This document shows, piece after piece, positions 1-8,995 of a stretch of DNA of 34,783 bases. Below the pieces are notes generated by a model. That model was given only the letters and a program-made list of their open reading frames with translations. It had not been told where the DNA came from and did no database searches. The number at the start of each line of letters is the position of its first letter. Within the stretch, counting starts at the first letter, position 1. The stretch is taken from the sequence record NC_028992.1. One strand, written 5' to 3'. The position numbers and the translations under genes are program-made.

Positions 1-426
1 ATGAGGTCCAACAGTCTACTAAGTGCTTCAATCGCACAGATTCTCTTGCTGAGCCTACTAAATGTACTAGCACCGATCAGGGCGATATTCGGAAAGCTGA
101 AAGGAGTAGCCCTTGGACTCAATCTTCCAAAGCTCCCGATAATGATGGCTGACGAGGAGAACTACAAGGACAAGTTCAAGTACGTAGTGCTCGCGATCGT
201 AGTCTTAGTAGTTGGTGCCGTAATCGTATCTATTGTTGGCGGCGTAGGACTGTATATCCTCGGCATCTTCAACAGCACCGTCGTAAAGATTCCTCAGTCA
301 TACAACTTCCTCACTCCGATAACGCCAGCACTAGGGTCAATATTCGAGATCCTAGTAGTGGTCCTGATAATAGTGGCTCTAGTGTTCGTCATCAGGTACC
401 TGATGAGGGTCACCGACGAGTTCTAA
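1..426 (+). CDS. Major capsid protein precursor, VP1-like
   Basis: N-terminal leader, acidic ADEE segment (fusellovirus VP1 is processed at a Glu), then two long hydrophobic helices separated by a loop with an NST sequon. Confidence 0.7.
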   Translation: MRSNSLLSASIAQILLLSLLNVLAPIRAIFGKLKGVALGLNLPKLPIMMADEENYKDKFKYVVLAIVVLVVGAVIVSIVGGVGLYILGIFNSTVVKIPQSYNFLTPITPALGSIFEILVVVLIIVALVFVIRYLMRVTDEF

Positions 427-462
427 AGGCCTAGACGAAGCTAAACGCGTTTGAAGCTAAAT

Positions 463-473
463 TTTATTTTTTA
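463..473 (+). promoter_or_regulatory. T-rich upstream element TTTATTTTTTA (may also terminate the capsid transcript)
   Basis: 23 nt before GTG 496. Confidence 0.55.
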
Positions 474-495
474 ATTTCCGTTCCTCCTTCTTCTC

Positions 496-765
496 GTGAA
501 CATTTACAAAGGGAGGAACAGTTGTTATTATAGGAAAGAGGACATTCTTGTTTCCCACGATTGGCAAATACCAGACATGATTATGAGGGATTTAAGGAGA
601 GGTTATACTTACGACCACGAGTGCAACGCCATCCCGATGAACGAAGACCTGGCAAAGGCTAGGCTAGCGTTCCTCATAAGGATAACGACTGACGAGTTAG
701 CCAGAGAGAAGGCTAGGAGATATTTGCAAGAATTAAAAGAGGGAGAACGTGTTTTGATTTATTAA
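496..765 (+). CDS. Hypothetical protein (89 aa)
   Basis: GTG start 23 nt after the conserved TTTATTTTTTA element. Confidence 0.65.
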   Translation: MNIYKGRNSCYYRKEDILVSHDWQIPDMIMRDLRRGYTYDHECNAIPMNEDLAKARLAFLIRITTDELAREKARRYLQELKEGERVLIY

Positions 766-786
766 CACGCTTTCGAACTCTTTCTT

Positions 787-1101
787 ATGTCTGAACAAGG
801 ACAAGGGCAAATATCAATCGTATCGATTATTGTAATGGCCCTATTCGCGATCTTCATCTTCTCTACGATATTGCAGGGCATATCTTTCATAATCAATCCC
901 GTAAAGGACTTGGTTGCTTCTTCACCATCTCCCCAAGTCGCGTGGACTTTGGCCATTTATCAGTATCTTTACGTGGTTTATAGCTACCTTCTGGCAGTGC
1001 TTACAAACCAGTACTCCGTCGCCGTGTTCATTGCTCTTGGCATCGTCGTGCTAGCACTGACCTATTACTGGTACTGGAGACAACAGACATACGGTGCTTA
1101 A
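787..1101 (+). CDS. Small membrane protein, possible minor virion protein
   Basis: 2-3 hydrophobic helices; downstream of the capsid gene. Confidence 0.7.
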   Translation: MSEQGQGQISIVSIIVMALFAIFIFSTILQGISFIINPVKDLVASSPSPQVAWTLAIYQYLYVVYSYLLAVLTNQYSVAVFIALGIVVLALTYYWYWRQQTYGA

Positions 1102-1490
1102 ATGAACAGGGTATACAAATAATCAAAAAACTTATATAGCCTAGATATATCGGTTTCGACTTCTTTAATGTTTTTCATTCTCTTTACAAAGTCACGAAAA
1201 TCATACGTGTTCATAAAATGATTTAAATCATTTAAGGTTATGTATTTCCTTTCCATAATTTCGTATTTGTCACCACGTCTTCGCAAGGTCAGCCTAGGTT
1301 TACTCCACTTCAGTACTGGAATGACCAATTCCTTATCGATTAGCTGAGGTTTCTGCAATTCAAAACATGTGTCACCTTTACATATCATAACATGGCCTTC
1401 ATCAACAGTAACTACTTCAATTAGCTTGGTGTTGTTCGACGCCCTATACGATATATCCTTCAGTGCTTTGTAAGCCTCTACTATACCCAT
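1098..1490 (-). CDS. Hypothetical protein (start revised to ATG 1490)
   Basis: ATG at 1490 is 24 nt below the TTTATTTATTA element, the same spacing as at other genes. Confidence 0.7.
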   Translation of the reverse strand: MGIVEAYKALKDISYRASNNTKLIEVVTVDEGHVMICKGDTCFELQKPQLIDKELVIPVLKWSKPRLTLRRRGDKYEIMERKYITLNDLNHFMNTYDFRDFVKRMKNIKEVETDISRLYKFFDYLYTLFI

Positions 1491-1513
1491 AAGAGTCAAC
1501 ACAGAAAGGGGGC

Positions 1514-1524
1514 TAATAAATAAA
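1514..1524 (-). promoter_or_regulatory. T-rich upstream element TTTATTTATTA
   Basis: 24 nt before ATG 1490. Confidence 0.55.
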
Positions 1525-1553
1525 ACCTAGCCAACCAAGCTTGTCGCCCATTA

Positions 1554-1988
1554 TCAGACTGACTCATCCCATATTACCTTGTAATCCTTCAGAACGCTCT
1601 TCGCAGCACTTATCAGTACATTATTTACAATATTCAGCACCTCTCTCTCCTGCTCATCGGTTCTTATGTGTTTACTTTTTATTCTATTCATTAGCGTTTT
1701 ACTATCTTTAAGTGCACCGATCAACTTCTCCTTCGCGTTCCACACATTGAATAATGGAATTGTATAATCATTGATATCGGAAAGCAAAATTCCAAGTGCC
1801 TTCGTGACGTATTTCACGAATTTATCATCAACGTCTTTCCCGTACCTCAAAAGTAGATCGAGCAACTCTCCTTTCAGGAACTCCCATATTTGGTCGTCGT
1901 TCCGCTCGCCACTGAGCTTCGCGGTCAACAACTGTATCAGTATCTCCTCGACGTAACTACGTCTGTGCTGCTGATATTGTAGGCTCAA
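1554..1988 (-). CDS. Hypothetical helical protein, possibly fusellovirus A154-like
   Basis: 144-aa helical ORF in an overlapping operon; family resemblance is from memory only. Confidence 0.55.
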   Translation of the reverse strand: MSLQYQQHRRSYVEEILIQLLTAKLSGERNDDQIWEFLKGELLDLLLRYGKDVDDKFVKYVTKALGILLSDINDYTIPLFNVWNAKEKLIGALKDSKTLMNRIKSKHIRTDEQEREVLNIVNNVLISAAKSVLKDYKVIWDESV

Positions 1989-2559
1989 ACAGCCTCACCG
2001 CATTCCTGTTAATGAGGAGAAGGAAATAGCTTAGGTTGTCTGTGACTTTTACGAAGAAATACATAGGTGGGATGAGCAAGGGTTTGGAGATGTTTACATC
2101 GAGATCGATGTTACTTGTCTCTAAAAGCGTGGAATCCGACTCTGGAAGAATCGTCTTCCTTTCGACTCTTTTCAGCGGTAAATACTTGTTTCTTAGTATG
2201 CCGAAGAAAAGGAACGGCTTGCCTATGAACTGTTTCGCCACAAATGCCCAGGTGAGCCTGTACAGGAAGTCGTCGTCGAGCCTCGAGGTTTTGGTCCTTT
2301 TCATTAACTTGTCTATATTCAGGCTAATGTCTTGAATAGGTAAAGTCAGATATGCGTACTGTCCATAGATCTTATCAACAACCTTAGGCTTCGGCGAGCT
2401 GAGCATTTTCGGAGAAATGTGTTTATCGATCCACCAAACTACGTTGCTCACCGTATAGACAGGCTTCTTCTTTTTTCTTGTTAGAAGTAGAGTAGCCGTT
2501 GTCGCTACTGCCGCTCCTCCACCTACCGCTATTATTACATTTGTCAATGTTGCTTCCAT
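1957..2559 (-). CDS. N-terminally membrane-anchored protein
   Basis: Hydrophobic N-terminus followed by RKKKK, then a soluble domain. Confidence 0.7.
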   Translation of the reverse strand: MEATLTNVIIAVGGGAAVATTATLLLTRKKKKPVYTVSNVVWWIDKHISPKMLSSPKPKVVDKIYGQYAYLTLPIQDISLNIDKLMKRTKTSRLDDDFLYRLTWAFVAKQFIGKPFLFFGILRNKYLPLKRVERKTILPESDSTLLETSNIDLDVNISKPLLIPPMYFFVKVTDNLSYFLLLINRNAVRLFEPTISAAQT

Positions 2560-3122
2560 AGATCATACCCTGTCAGAATCTGGTTGACCAGACGCGGTGC
2601 CTTATCTGCGGGCAAGTTCGTGTTTAAGAGGTTTGCCACCTCTATGCTTATGTTATCGACAGCAAGGAGGAAGCTGTTAACTAGATCTATAAGGTCTTTT
2701 ATTAGCTTCAGATCCTCCATAAGCTTCTCTGTGTCATCGATATCTTTGCTTATTTTGCTAATGGTTTGTGCATAGACTGTGTCTAGAATGACTATCATGT
2801 TTCTAATTACGTTCCTCACAGAGTTCTTGAACAGAGTGACTATGAGTGCAGGAACAGTGATGTAACGTATTTCTTGCTGGAGGTCTTCGAGCAACGTTGC
2901 TATAATGGCCGACTGGAGTTGCTTGAGTCTATTGATGTTGTTAATCACATCGTTATCTTTCAGCTCTTCAAGGAGGTTTATCTTCGACAACGGTTGCTTT
3001 ACTAGTCTCGAGAATCCGTGGTTCTCATCAAGGGAGAGGGGATTTACTTTTACTACTACGGTTTTCGCACTCGTCCCTCTAATCCCAGTTTGTTGTTGTG
3101 AATCCTGTTTTTGGTCACTCAT
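2544..3122 (-). CDS. Helical/coiled-coil hypothetical protein
   Basis: SD GAGGTGA 5 nt before ATG 3122; Leu/Ile heptad-rich. Confidence 0.7.
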   Translation of the reverse strand: MSDQKQDSQQQTGIRGTSAKTVVVKVNPLSLDENHGFSRLVKQPLSKINLLEELKDNDVINNINRLKQLQSAIIATLLEDLQQEIRYITVPALIVTLFKNSVRNVIRNMIVILDTVYAQTISKISKDIDDTEKLMEDLKLIKDLIDLVNSFLLAVDNISIEVANLLNTNLPADKAPRLVNQILTGYDLWKQH

Positions 3123-3127
3123 GTTTT

Positions 3128-3331
3128 TCACCTCTTCTTATTGTCCTTGTGGGGAGACCATCTTATATATACAAATTTGCTTTTCCTTCTACTAAAAACT
3201 TGGATCGTTGCATTATACGACTTTGCAAGCTCCCTAACTTCATCCACGTACTCCAGCGGTACCATTATGACGTTCTCCTTTTCTGGAGAAAATAAGGGGT
3301 TGTAAGCGGTAATTACGTCAAGAATATTCAC
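3128..3331 (-). CDS. Small hypothetical protein (start revised to GTG 3331)
   Basis: TTTTA element 24 nt upstream of GTG 3331; divergent from the zinc-finger gene. Confidence 0.5.
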   Translation of the reverse strand: MNILDVITAYNPLFSPEKENVIMVPLEYVDEVRELAKSYNATIQVFSRRKSKFVYIRWSPHKDNKKR

Positions 3332-3390
3332 AGATGTGCGTATTCCTACAATAATAAAAGTTTTAAGCCGAACTGTGAATTCATTATACA

Positions 3391-3606
3391 ATGAAGCAAC
3401 TTTATGCAGTTTCGAAATTCAATACGCTACTTGGCATGAGACAACTGATCATCAACGCTGAGAAAAATAACATAGACCTGTTCAAATCAATAAAGGAAAA
3501 GAGGTGCCCAGTGTGTGGAAAGAAGTTCTCAAAAACGTTTCTTTTAAAGAGGCACATCATTCATTCGGAATGTGCAACGGTTCTTGAAAGACGGTTAAGA
3601 GAATAA
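3391..3606 (+). CDS. C2H2 zinc-finger protein
   Basis: CPVCGKKFSKTFLLKRHIIH; such fingers are typical of crenarchaeal viruses. Confidence 0.85.
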   Translation: MKQLYAVSKFNTLLGMRQLIINAEKNNIDLFKSIKEKRCPVCGKKFSKTFLLKRHIIHSECATVLERRLRE

Positions 3607-3936
3607 GTCAATGAAATTCCCCTTTTTTGTAAATATTTTGATTATCAGTAGGAAACCCGACACTATCGTTATTACGAACCCTATTATGAAAAGGGGAGCA
3701 AAGGGATCAGGTTTGTAAACGGGCGTTATTATAACCGTCGAATTGTTTACCTTCGTTTCATTTTCGCCAGCAACGTATACCAGGCCGTTCAGGTAGGACG
3801 CGAAATTGAAGGCCACTAAAAAGATCGTAATGATGGCGTCAAGGTAAATCGGGGTGTCCTTGTTCAAGAGGTAGAGTTGTATTGCTAATGCTATGAAGTC
3901 AATCGAGAGCGTAAGGATCAATTCATCACCTAGCAT
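3595..3936 (-). CDS. Three-helix membrane glycoprotein
   Basis: Three hydrophobic segments; NET and NST sequons. Confidence 0.75.
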   Translation of the reverse strand: MLGDELILTLSIDFIALAIQLYLLNKDTPIYLDAIITIFLVAFNFASYLNGLVYVAGENETKVNNSTVIITPVYKPDPFAPLFIIGFVITIVSGFLLIIKIFTKKGNFIDLFS

Positions 3937-4255
3937 TCTCCGCCAGCCTCTTTAATTCGTCAATGTATATCGGTTTATTAAAAAATATCCTAGCGACAAT
4001 ATAAATTGCTGGTTGGTAGTTCTCCTTTTCAGCACAATGAAATAGTAATTTGGACACGCATATCTCCAACGTGCTATACCTTTTTCGGCATAACTTCACT
4101 ATCTCCTCATCGTCCTCGACGAAATACCTCAATTTCTTGGCTTGTACACCGTAGTAGCTGTAAAGCCCACTCTTCTTGTCGCTGAAATAATACACTTTGC
4201 TTTTCGCTTTCCTAATAATGTCATTTACGAATTTTTCACATATCTCACGACCCAT
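3926..4255 (-). CDS. Hypothetical protein
   Basis: 109-aa ORF overlapping both neighbours. Confidence 0.65.
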   Translation of the reverse strand: MGREICEKFVNDIIRKAKSKVYYFSDKKSGLYSYYGVQAKKLRYFVEDDEEIVKLCRKRYSTLEICVSKLLFHCAEKENYQPAIYIVARIFFNKPIYIDELKRLAENAR

Positions 4256-4952
4256 TTTCCACTACACCCCTCATATAGCCATTATGGACGTAAATGAACA
4301 AGATGTTACCGTAGAATGTGTAGGAGATATTGTATCCGATCACGGTCACGTTACTAACGTTCCCGAGAACTGGTTGGTAGAATAACGCACTGCCGTTCAC
4401 AACGACGCCGTTGTTGTAGTAAAGTTTCGTTCCTGGGACGAGCTCAATATACCAGCCCCAAGGTAACGTTTCGTTATACTTCCCGCTGTAGTACAATACG
4501 GAGAAGTTCGGGTTGACGATGGGAGGCCTCGTTATGTTTGGCGTCACATAAACTGGGGAGTTTACAAAGTTGTACCCTGAGTAGACCTGGACGTAGATCG
4601 GGGTAAAAGGCGGTATGAAGTAGAGGGGCGAGGGTGCAGAGATATTGATCAGGCGCCACGAGTGGGGTGGGATAACTGGCAGTGTGCAGTTGTACGGTGC
4701 ATAGGCCATAATTTGGCTTGAGACGACCCACCTTTTCTCGCTACCAAACATGCTAAGGAGGAAGACGGGATAAACTGGGGAGTTTCCGTAGTTTGTAACG
4801 TTCAAGCACACCACGTCCCAGTACCCCACATCACCAACATCATAGACCCTTACGATGTTCACCGTTAGCGGCAACGTTGGTCTCCACATTAATGATATCG
4901 TGAGTATTTCGAGTACAATGATACTAATTATTGCTAGTACTTTCCAGCTCAT
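4245..4952 (-). CDS. Membrane-anchored surface glycoprotein
   Basis: N-terminal signal/anchor; beta-rich Y/N/V/P composition; many N-x-S/T sequons; contains two copies of the 16-mer. Confidence 0.75.
   Translation of the reverse strand: MSWKVLAIISIIVLEILTISLMWRPTLPLTVNIVRVYDVGDVGYWDVVCLNVTNYGNSPVYPVFLLSMFGSEKRWVVSSQIMAYAPYNCTLPVIPPHSWRLINISAPSPLYFIPPFTPIYVQVYSGYNFVNSPVYVTPNITRPPIVNPNFSVLYYSGKYNETLPWGWYIELVPGTKLYYNNGVVVNGSALFYQPVLGNVSNVTVIGYNISYTFYGNILFIYVHNGYMRGVVENGS
4549..4564 (+). repeat. 16-mer site TAAACTGGGGAGTTTA (in CDS)
   Basis: Exact match. Confidence 0.9.
4771..4785 (+). repeat. 16-mer site, 15/16 (in CDS)
   Basis: TAAACTGGGGAGTTT. Confidence 0.85.
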
Positions 4953-5889
4953 AGCTACTCACCCAAATCGTGATATAGAATAAGAAATAGTCCAAATCCC
5001 TCCAACTCACGATCCAGATAAAAGCTGGAAGGAGCCACTTCCACTTAGTGGCAGGTTTGTACAGTATTAACAACGCGATGTATAGCGTCAGGAAAGCCAC
5101 AGTATATGCGATGTGCGGTATAGGCACTCCTATCATAGTCAAGAGGCTGACAGAAGCACCCTGATTCGCTATAGGTTGCGTGATAGGGCCCAATACGTCA
5201 AAGGCCCATTTCGGCGAGACGAAAGGTAAGTTCGGGATCAGAAAAACAACTAGTGGTANAATTACGTTTTTCACCAGTTCTTTCCATTTGCCCCAATAAT
5301 CCTTCCATATAAACGGTAAGTAAAGCAACGTATATTGTTTGATGTCACCGCTCAGTGCCATAAGTGCCGATCTTATCCAGCCTTTGGTCGTGAGTGCTAC
5401 GATTGCGATCGTTAAGGATATTATGTCAAATGACCCACCTGTAAAAGCCGAAAAACTTCCTAGAATCAGCATGATGATAAAGAACAGCTTCTCTTTACCC
5501 TTCCACCTCAGGAATAGGTAGAGCAAGAACGTCGTTGCAAGCGTNGCGATCTGAGGGTACACGACGGAGGCTATCTCGAAATACAACGCAGGGTAACCGA
5601 ACACGTTAACGTAATAGTTTGGGGTGAGGGTGGCAGTGACAACAGGTTCGGCTACNGGAAACATCTTGTAGGCGTCAATCAGGTTCACTGTATAGGGGTT
5701 GTTCCCGTGCCTGAAGAGGTAAGCCGCGTATAATACCAGGCTCTCCTCATCGGTCTGTGAAGGGACTCTATATATCGAGATAGCGATAAAAGTGGCAACA
5801 AACGTAAAGAACACGATTAAATCGGCATACTTCTTATTTTCTCTTACAAGATAAAGAAAAGCAAACACTATGCCCATTATATAAAGCAA
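4924..5889 (-). CDS. GT-C-fold polytopic glycosyltransferase (GT87/DUF2029-like); true start probably further upstream
   Basis: Luminal QTDEE...GNNPY motif, YPALY, KQY, ~9 TM helices; the frame stays open and hydrophobic up to ~5988. Confidence 0.7.
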   Translation of the reverse strand: MLYIMGIVFAFLYLVRENKKYADLIVFFTFVATFIAISIYRVPSQTDEESLVLYAAYLFRHGNNPYTVNLIDAYKMFXVAEPVVTATLTPNYYVNVFGYPALYFEIASVVYPQIXTLATTFLLYLFLRWKGKEKLFFIIMLILGSFSAFTGGSFDIISLTIAIVALTTKGWIRSALMALSGDIKQYTLLYLPFIWKDYWGKWKELVKNVIXPLVVFLIPNLPFVSPKWAFDVLGPITQPIANQGASVSLLTMIGVPIPHIAYTVAFLTLYIALLILYKPATKWKWLLPAFIWIVSWRDLDYFLFYITIWVSSYELESTSNN

Positions 5890-5960
5890 ATCTATTGCAG
5901 GGGAGGCTACTTCTAATGATAGAATTCCGTTAACGAAAGCTAAAGCCCCTAGAAATACCG

Positions 5961-7268
5961 CTACTCTCTCAACTTCTTTATACAGTTCTCATTACCTCCT
6001 TTACAGTGGTAGACGATCCTTTCCAGGTCAGACAGGGTGTACCTCCTCGGCGTTGCCGTGATGTTGTAGGCACTGAAGATGATGTCGACCATGTTCTCGT
6101 TGTACTCATCCACATGGAAAGTTTCCTTCGCCGTTACGTTCTCTCCCACCACAACGATCGGGACGTTGGCTACACGGAACAATTCCTTTGTCGGTATCCC
6201 GCTCCTCTCGTCCACAATTAGTACGGCGTTGTAAGTTTCGGCTACCTTTACCGCCTCCTCTAAACCCTTCGCGTTGTAAACGACTACGTTTCCTTTGCCA
6301 GCGGAGACGAAATAGGCGGCCAGCACAGGAATCGCGAGGTCTGGGTTCGCCTTCACGAAGTAGAGCTCGGGGTAGTCGAGTGAGGAAAAGAACCTCTCAA
6401 GCCTCTTATCTGTGTACGGTTTCTTGACGTAAATTATCCTGTAACCGCGAAGCGGCTCCTCGGGCAGTCTGTCGATGCCGAACTGCAACCTTTTCAGGTA
6501 GGACACTATATTGGCGAAGTTCTGCATAGANGACGCCAGCTTTGAGGCCAATTCTTCCTTTCTCTCGACGAATTGCGGGAACTTCCTCTCTATGAGTATT
6601 TCTATCGCGTCCTTAGTAGGCACGGGAACGTAGATCGGCTCACCGAAACGGCCCTCCCTCTTCAATGCACTATCAATAAGGGAAGGCGAAATGTTAGTTA
6701 TTGCAATAAATAGCACGTCACTTTCCCTCATCTTAGACATCGTGTCCAAGAGCATTGACTTGATGTTTAGATCCGCGGTTGAGACACCTATCCTTTGCAT
6801 CACGAACTCTCTCGACATAAGTAAGGTATCAGCCTCGTCGATTATGAGGGCGGAAGGTCGCAATCTTACAGCTTCATCGATTTTCGCCTGAAAGCCCTTC
6901 TCGCTCTGACCAACGTAAGGCCCTAGCACTTCGGCGAAATTGAAGTAAACACTATCTAATCCTAGCATATCGGTAATTAACCTAGACAGCGTNGATTTCC
7001 CAGTTCCAGGTGGNCCTGCAAAGAGCAGGCCAGGGTTNGGGAAAACACCGTTCTCNTCGAAATAATCGATATAGAATTGTATGCGTTCCCACACGGATTT
7101 AGGGTAAACATACACGTCATCGGCCATAACGACTATGTAGTCCCTAATCTCCTCCACCTTAACTTCTCTAACGGTTTTAATTTCAGTGTAAGGAGCGATT
7201 TCGTCACAGCCAGTAGGCCTCCTCAAGATTTCGGTTGAGGAGTTCCTTACAATTTTTCTACAGATCAT
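5961..7268 (-). CDS. AAA+ ATPase, CDC48/Vps4-like
   Basis: Walker A (x)PPGTGK(x)T, pore loop YVGQSEK, Walker B IIDEAD, SRH TN...DSALKREGRF; ATG 7268 overlaps the upstream TGA. Confidence 0.9.
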   Translation of the reverse strand: MICRKIVRNSSTEILRRPTGCDEIAPYTEIKTVREVKVEEIRDYIVVMADDVYVYPKSVWERIQFYIDYFXENGVFXNPGLLFAXPPGTGKXTLSRLITDMLGLDSVYFNFAEVLGPYVGQSEKGFQAKIDEAVRLRPSALIIDEADTLLMSREFVMQRIGVSTADLNIKSMLLDTMSKMRESDVLFIAITNISPSLIDSALKREGRFGEPIYVPVPTKDAIEILIERKFPQFVERKEELASKLAXSMQNFANIVSYLKRLQFGIDRLPEEPLRGYRIIYVKKPYTDKRLERFFSSLDYPELYFVKANPDLAIPVLAAYFVSAGKGNVVVYNAKGLEEAVKVAETYNAVLIVDERSGIPTKELFRVANVPIVVVGENVTAKETFHVDEYNENMVDIIFSAYNITATPRRYTLSDLERIVYHCKGGNENCIKKLRE

Positions 7269-8024
7269 TTGTGCAACACCGACAGGGCCAGCATGAATAT
7301 GCCCATTATCATGAGCATTATGACGATCCACCTCATCCACGAGAACTCCGAAGACTTGCTAGCCGTCACGTTCTTCTCTATGTTCACTATTTCCTCCAAC
7401 TGCCTCAGGGAATGCTTGATGTTGGTGTGGAGTAAGTCCTCGATTGAGTTCTTGAATACGCTAGGATAATCTACCGCAATGACGAGCTGTGCGTTAGTGT
7501 CTAGCGTGATCTCTCTCATCATATCGATCCTGCTTTTTATTAGGTATGTGTAATAGTCCACGATCGACTTCCACGTACCGTCGAACTTTATCTCCGTTGT
7601 TGCCGATCCTCAGGATTAGATCCCGGATCCCAACATTGACAAGCGTCTGTGGATCCTTAGCGATGTAATAGGGCTGAATTCCCCAGCCGTAGATGATGTA
7701 CCTGTTTTTACTCTTTATTATCTTCACTGTGGGGTCCTTGTAGACGCGTATATTCCCCCTAACGCTAACGAAGTTGACCTCGTCAATTCTAGTCAGCGGG
7801 ATCTCCCTTTCTTCGTTACCGTCAATAAGCCTCAGCCAGTACTTGTAACTAGGTTTTCTGAAGGTTCTATATGCGAAGTAAATTATTACGGCTGCAGCAA
7901 TTACGAACATAGCGATTTGGATAAGATTCGGTGAGATAGACATTACAGATGAGACCGCTGACGACACTGATGACGGTGCTGAAAGTGTTATAGGTGGTGG
8001 AAGTGTGGTGGGCGAAGACGCCAT
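7265..8024 (-). CDS. Two-TM membrane protein split by one frameshift (ORFs 7494-8024 and 7265-7561)
   Basis: The second frame is open from 7609 and reads EIKFDGTWKSIVDYY; joining gives ~253 aa with N- and C-terminal TM helices. Confidence 0.6.
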
Positions 8025-8055
8025 GAGAGAAAAATCGGATCAAATAAGAAAAATG

Positions 8056-8685
8056 TTAGCCCGAAGTTTGGACGCTGTGCCACAGCAGAATAATGCCAAA
8101 CATTATCTCGAGGGTGGGGATCGCATACAGCCACGGGTTGGAAACCCCTAATGCTACCATTTCAGCTGACGTGAATATAGACGCTACCAATAATCCTAGC
8201 CCAACGTTTCTCAGGCCTGCCCTAAGCCCAAACAAAGCCACGACAGACAGCGGGATGATGTACATCAACATTTGGTCGAGAAGAGGCGGTGCGAAGTTCC
8301 CACCGTTTACCGTTATGTAAAACGGTCCGAACTGTTGGCCTTCCATGTAAATATAAATGACCGTTATATTGGAAGGAACCGTCACCACAGTGTAGTTGTC
8401 TTCTATCGTGTAATTGCCGATGAATTGGTGAGTGTAATAGTCGTAAAGCGAAAACGTGACTTGTTGTAAGTTTTGCCCCTGATAGTAAGGCTCCGCTAAA
8501 AGGACTACTTGGTTAGAGCCGTTGTAGAACGCGTTGACGATGTAGCCGTCTATGACGGTCTCGGTAAGCGGCTGTATCGTTACAACGGCACTGCCATCTG
8601 ACCAATCTAATATGGCACCCGCATCCCCTACCACTAGCAAAGACACCATAAGTGGGACTAAGAGTAGCACTAGTAACCTTTTCAT
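8056..8685 (-). CDS. Virion membrane glycoprotein
   Basis: Signal peptide, beta-rich ectodomain with sequons, three C-terminal TM helices. Confidence 0.75.
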   Translation of the reverse strand: MKRLLVLLLVPLMVSLLVVGDAGAILDWSDGSAVVTIQPLTETVIDGYIVNAFYNGSNQVVLLAEPYYQGQNLQQVTFSLYDYYTHQFIGNYTIEDNYTVVTVPSNITVIYIYMEGQQFGPFYITVNGGNFAPPLLDQMLMYIIPLSVVALFGLRAGLRNVGLGLLVASIFTSAEMVALGVSNPWLYAIPTLEIMFGIILLWHSVQTSG

Positions 8686-8709
8686 TACAGGATAACGAGA
8701 AAGGAGGGC

Positions 8710-8720
8710 TAAAAAATAAA
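8710..8720 (-). promoter_or_regulatory. T-rich upstream element TTTATTTTTTA
   Basis: 25 nt before ATG 8685. Confidence 0.6.
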
Positions 8721-8725
8721 ACAGC

Positions 8726-8995
8726 TTATGGGCTATATGGGTTACGTTCTCTCAGTATTTTAACTATGTATATGAGTATCATGAAGATTATCATTCCTAT
8801 TAATAAGATAAGAACATCAACAATATTGCTAGCGAACGGTATAGGGTTACTAGGGAGCTTAACACTGACATTGTCTATCTTTATATTGCCCAATGTAGGC
8901 ATGGCCAAGCCGTAATATATGCCCTCAATCAAGTTGAGGAAGGCCGCTACTATGCCTATGGTAAATAAGAGAAGGAGATATCCAATGAATCTCAT
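8726..8995 (-). CDS. VP3-like minor capsid protein, paralogue of ORF 1-426
   Basis: Two hydrophobic helices; NVSVKLP..PIPFASNIVDVL aligns with NSTVVKIP..PITPALGSIFEIL. Confidence 0.6.
   Translation of the reverse strand: MRFIGYLLLLFTIGIVAAFLNLIEGIYYGLAMPTLGNIKIDNVSVKLPSNPIPFASNIVDVLILLIGMIIFMILIYIVKILRERNPYSP

Noticed and set aside
787-860. QGQ/ISIVSII as a class III (pilin) signal peptide
   Set aside because: No basic residue before the Gly, and it does not fit the PibD consensus; treated as an ordinary TM segment.
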